Shown: one piece after another, positions 60,491 to 64,000 of the stretch | Numbering within the stretch: position 1 is the stretch's first letter | How the letters are laid out: each line of letters starts with the position of its first letter | NCBI GenBank assembly: GCA_963675295.2 | Contig: CAXXKJ010000002.1 | Location: forward strand, 3,296,001-3,360,000 | Length of the DNA stretch: 64,000 nt | Origin: a bacterium | GTDB taxonomy: Bacteria > Electryoneota > Electryoneia > Electryoneales > Electryoneaceae | Reading direction: 5' to 3' | Position numbers and translations under genes: made by a program | Notes under the pieces: generated by a model | Databases searched by the model: none | The model's input: the letters and a program-made list of their open reading frames with translations, nothing else | Told to the model about the DNA's origin: nothing

Positions 60491-63400
60491 GATTCATTGC
60501 GCTCATTGTCTGACTGCACCAGGTAGCCAAAGAATGGCACAAGATCTTCTTCTGCGATTGCTTCGCTGACAAAATCTGAATCTAACTCCCAATCATCCTT
60601 ACCGTCATCAAAGTCGTTTTGGTTTCGAACGTCTGGCACGTCCTTCTGGACCAGCATGGGACGTTCCTTCGACTGTTGATCGCCATCCAGTTCAAGACCA
60701 AGAACCGCAGCGAACTGCTTCGGCTGTGCATGGAAGTGCTCACGCAATAACGGTATAACGTTGTCCACGAATACATCCCTCAGATCATGGTAGTTGCGCA
60801 CGTTCAGGAAGTAGGAATGGCCGATTTCGTGGTCACGATCCAACTGGTACCGGATCCGGTTGTTCAGTGATTCCAGGAGACGTGAAACCATCGAAGGCAG
60901 ATCGCCATCCACCTTGATCTGTGACCGCACCACCTCGGTACTTGGCATCAGCTCAAAGAACTTGAATCGACGTCGGAGCGCGGTATCGAGCAACGCAATC
61001 GAACGATCCGTGGTGTTCATCGTGCCAATGATGAAAAGGTTCGGCGGAACACCGAACGCGTTGTTGGAATAAGGCAGGGTGACGGTGACTTCTTCCTCTT
61101 GACCAAGACGTTTGTTCGGTTCGATCAGCGTGATCAGCTCCCCCATCACGGAACTGATGTTGGCGCGGTTAATCTCGTCGATAATCAGTACATACGGTTT
61201 TTCGGTCCCCGCGAAAGCAAGCGGTTGCTTGCGATTGAGACGAGTTTGTGCCAGTGTACGCTGTGCCTTCAACTGCTCCCTGCTAAAATCGGTTTGATCT
61301 GTTTGGGGTGGCGATTTTGCCAACCGTTCCATTTCACCTAAGATCAGGAGACAGTATGTTGCTTGGAAGTTTCCTTCTGTGCCCCGATGGGTACGGAGTA
61401 GATTTCGCATGGCTTCAATATTTGGATCGTCCCTGAACGATCCAACCGCATTTCTATATTTCCAGAACAGTCGCAGATATCCGGATGAAGACCTGAAGCT
61501 TCGCGGTCTAGTAAGTAGAGGTGTGCTACTCGTCTCATTGATATCGCTATCCTCTTCTTCGCCCTCTGGTTGTTCAATGCTCTCTAAGTCTCGAACGACA
61601 AGGAGTTCGTCTTCTGATGAACCAGCTTGGATCAAATACTTGTAACCACGGCGACTAGTGCCAGATAGCCCACGATCAGCCGCCGAAACCTCGGCGTATA
61701 GTCTTTCCCACAGTGCTTCGAAACCAACATCCTTATCCTTAACCAGACCATCATCACCTAGCAGTTCACCTGTTGCCAGCAATGCAATCCGTTTAAAAAT
61801 CCCATCATGAAGTTCATAGCTGATTGAACTTGTTGTCCCATCTCTTCTGAGATGAGGACGAATCCCCTCAACAAATTCTTCGTACCCAAAGCTCTGGTGG
61901 AAAGTCACAAACTCGATCCGACCCTGGGCCGCCAGATCTTTGTATTGGTCCCGACCCAAATCGAAACCGTTTTCCGATGCTTCAGCAATAACCTTAGCCT
62001 TTTTCATACCGAGGTGGGGTTGCTGGCATAGCAGTACCCCCATCCGCCGCGCCAGCCAAGTCTTTCCTGTTCCAGGCGGACCTTGGAAAATGACATTGTC
62101 AACGGTGTAAGGCATAGTTTCTCCGGCTTCGAACTGACCGAGAAGTTCATCCTCAGGAGGATTTTCTTCGTTTGGATCAACCGACTCACCATAGAGCATG
62201 GGCCGCAGCCAATAGGCATTGCGGAATCGATAAACTGGAGATGGTGATAGCCCCAGTTTCAATGGTTTCTGCTCCTCGAACGACTCATCCCAGAGGACGG
62301 AAATCCGCTCGGTCGGCGGCTCGCTATTATGTTGGTATGTCCCGCCTTCAATTCGTCCGAGACCTTTGATCGTAGCCGTACCATGTCGTGCCACAACCAG
62401 ATCACCATCACGCATCATCCGCATGTACCAGAAGCCAGTTGTACTGGCGGGCATTTTTCCGAGCGCCTTCTTAACAGTCTTACGGTACTCCTCTTCGGAG
62501 TCATACTTGGCAATGTCACCGATTGCCTCATTGCCGGATTCTGACCAACTCGCCCCAGCGAAAGAGTCTTTTAGGAACCACTCCCACATATCTTTGCCAC
62601 TTCTCTGGTCGTGTGTCACTACGAACAGGACCATGCGTTTGAGTTCTGGATTGGTAATTAGATCATCAACCAAGAGTGATTGAAACCTGGTTAGTCTGAA
62701 TTGACCGCCTTGCCCGAAGGTGATCAACGGGTGCTTGCAAAGAATTGGGTCCTGCTTCAAAATGTCACGGGAAACTTTTCCATCCAGAAGTTCTTCTACA
62801 TGAATCCTTATTTGCTCTTTTTCTTCATCTGCGATTCCTTCACCGTAGTACTTAACCTCTTGAGGGTCATCCATCCCGACAAACACTTCTCCAACTGTAG
62901 ATCCCTTGGCGACAATCCCGCCCTTCGGTCCAGTGATCCAGAAGTAGCATGGCTGGTTTTCACGGAATGCTTTCCTGTGAGGTGGCATTACGGACCAAGT
63001 AAATTCACGTAAGCCATCCTCTAGTGCTTCAGTTAACCTGAATTTCGATTCATTGGCTACGATAAACCAGGCATGAACGTCAGACGATTCAGAGTCATTT
63101 GCAACAGTTTTGTTCTTTGGTTCAGGTAGGAGTTTGGCTGCACGCCATAAAAGGCTGTCGAAAACCCATAAGTTCATATCAAGCTCTTCAGCCAATCCCT
63201 TCAACAGCTCGTTCATTCGCAGATAAAAAGAACCCATGCCTTCTTTGTATTTCCTCTTTGGAAAAAGATCCAGTTTCTTTAAGGCCTTCTCTGATGGACC
63301 ATTCCATACGCCATACTGATCAGGATGGCGAAGAAGCAACAACGCAGTAATTGTGTTATTGCTGATGCCAGGGATAGCATGTTCACCGCGCCCGAGTAAA

Positions 63401-63750
63401 TCGTTCAGCCGATCCTCTACTGGAATATCGTCTTTGATAAGATATCGTAGACCACGTTGAATTTCTTCCGTGCTTTTTGTCACACGATAATCAGCAGCCT
63501 GATCCATACCCCAATGTTGATTATTCTCAAATTTAAGAAAATCTAAAAATTCCGACCGTTCAATTTTATCTATCAACTCCGGGTCAAAAAAATGTTTATA
63601 ATTTTCACGAACACCCTCGAAGGCAACGCGAATTTTCCGATACTCTCTATCTTCTAAATTATCACCATTTTCCACTTTTTTCTGAATCTTACTGAGATCC
63701 TTGATCGCTTTTTCCCACTGTAAATCTTCTACCCATTCTGGTTTCAACAT
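60487..63750 (-). CDS. mcrB: McrB-family AAA+ GTPase with a long multi-domain N-terminus
   Basis: GPPGTGKT, VTFHQSFGYEEFVEG, IIDEINRAN, GTMNTTDRS, ALRRRF, IGHSYF. Confidence 0.9.
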   Translation of the reverse strand: MLKPEWVEDLQWEKAIKDLSKIQKKVENGDNLEDREYRKIRVAFEGVRENYKHFFDPELIDKIERSEFLDFLKFENNQHWGMDQAADYRVTKSTEEIQRGLRYLIKDDIPVEDRLNDLLGRGEHAIPGISNNTITALLLLRHPDQYGVWNGPSEKALKKLDLFPKRKYKEGMGSFYLRMNELLKGLAEELDMNLWVFDSLLWRAAKLLPEPKNKTVANDSESSDVHAWFIVANESKFRLTEALEDGLREFTWSVMPPHRKAFRENQPCYFWITGPKGGIVAKGSTVGEVFVGMDDPQEVKYYGEGIADEEKEQIRIHVEELLDGKVSRDILKQDPILCKHPLITFGQGGQFRLTRFQSLLVDDLITNPELKRMVLFVVTHDQRSGKDMWEWFLKDSFAGASWSESGNEAIGDIAKYDSEEEYRKTVKKALGKMPASTTGFWYMRMMRDGDLVVARHGTATIKGLGRIEGGTYQHNSEPPTERISVLWDESFEEQKPLKLGLSPSPVYRFRNAYWLRPMLYGESVDPNEENPPEDELLGQFEAGETMPYTVDNVIFQGPPGTGKTWLARRMGVLLCQQPHLGMKKAKVIAEASENGFDLGRDQYKDLAAQGRIEFVTFHQSFGYEEFVEGIRPHLRRDGTTSSISYELHDGIFKRIALLATGELLGDDGLVKDKDVGFEALWERLYAEVSAADRGLSGTSRRGYKYLIQAGSSEDELLVVRDLESIEQPEGEEEDSDINETSSTPLLTRPRSFRSSSGYLRLFWKYRNAVGSFRDDPNIEAMRNLLRTHRGTEGNFQATYCLLILGEMERLAKSPPQTDQTDFSREQLKAQRTLAQTRLNRKQPLAFAGTEKPYVLIIDEINRANISSVMGELITLIEPNKRLGQEEEVTVTLPYSNNAFGVPPNLFIIGTMNTTDRSIALLDTALRRRFKFFELMPSTEVVRSQIKVDGDLPSMVSRLLESLNNRIRYQLDRDHEIGHSYFLNVRNYHDLRDVFVDNVIPLLREHFHAQPKQFAAVLGLELDGDQQSKERPMLVQKDVPDVRNQNDFDDGKDDWELDSDFVSEAIAEEDLVPFFGYLVQSDNERNES

Positions 63751-63809
63751 GGCGACCTCGCTATCTTTATAAAAACTATAGTTCTATGCAATAAGTGTTT
63801 TTTTTTTTT

Positions 63810-64000
63810 CTAACTTGAACTATTAAGACGTTTGTAACTAATGGCAGAGTACACTATCCACCATAATCCTATTGACAAAAGAACTAATAATAATCTGTTT
63901 TCGTCTTCATATCCATAGTATTTAGCAACTGTGTCCGGAATCTCATTCACAATTCTCTCTGCTATGGCTGGGACAACTCCATCCTGGCTTTCAAGCTGAA
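63810..64000 (-). CDS. 3' end of a gene entering from beyond the window; C-terminal hydrophobic helix
   Basis: Open frame read by hand ...YYGYEDENRLLLVLLSIGLWWIVYSAISYKRLNSSS*; not in the ORF track. Confidence 0.5.
   Translation of the reverse strand, partial: QLESQDGVVPAIAERIVNEIPDTVAKYYGYEDENRLLLVLLSIGLWWIVYSAISYKRLNSSS

Larger units (their letters stand above)
30720..64000. mobile_element. tRNA-anchored integrative genomic (defence) island; right end not in window
   Basis: Integrase directly after the tRNA; xis/primase module; drop in GC and mosaic composition; R-M, McrBC and IS cargo. Confidence 0.85.

Noticed and set aside
30720-64000. attR duplicate of the tRNA 3' end
   Set aside because: Not found by eye within the window; the island probably extends further

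Overview
Bacterial chromosome segment, probably from the FCB superphylum or a related candidate phylum (inferred from four secreted proteins with PNPFNP-type C-terminal sorting domains). The left half (1 to ~30.7 kb) is GC-rich core genome: accC, gcvH, gcvPA, an SPFH protein, secreted repeat/protease proteins, an HMA/CDF metal locus, mazG, an exonuclease-DinG fusion, gcvPB, secDF, purA and tRNA-Lys(UUU). Right after the tRNA a visibly lower and mosaic-GC integrative island begins and runs past the window end. It carries a tyrosine integrase, an excisionase-like gene, a PC4-like gene and a TOPRIM-DUF3987 replicase, then defence-type cargo: a Type I R-M system with an embedded GIY-YIG/cold-shock gene, a DUF4238 gene, and a multi-domain McrBC. 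Two cargo modules match no system I can name: (i) SNF2 helicase / actin-Hsp70-fold ATPase / DUF559-RecQ helicase (interrupted by IS30) / membrane-anchored coiled coil; (ii) a MerR-type regulator plus a vWA protein fused to a two-lobed aspartic protease. All product calls come from reading motifs by eye; no database searches were run.
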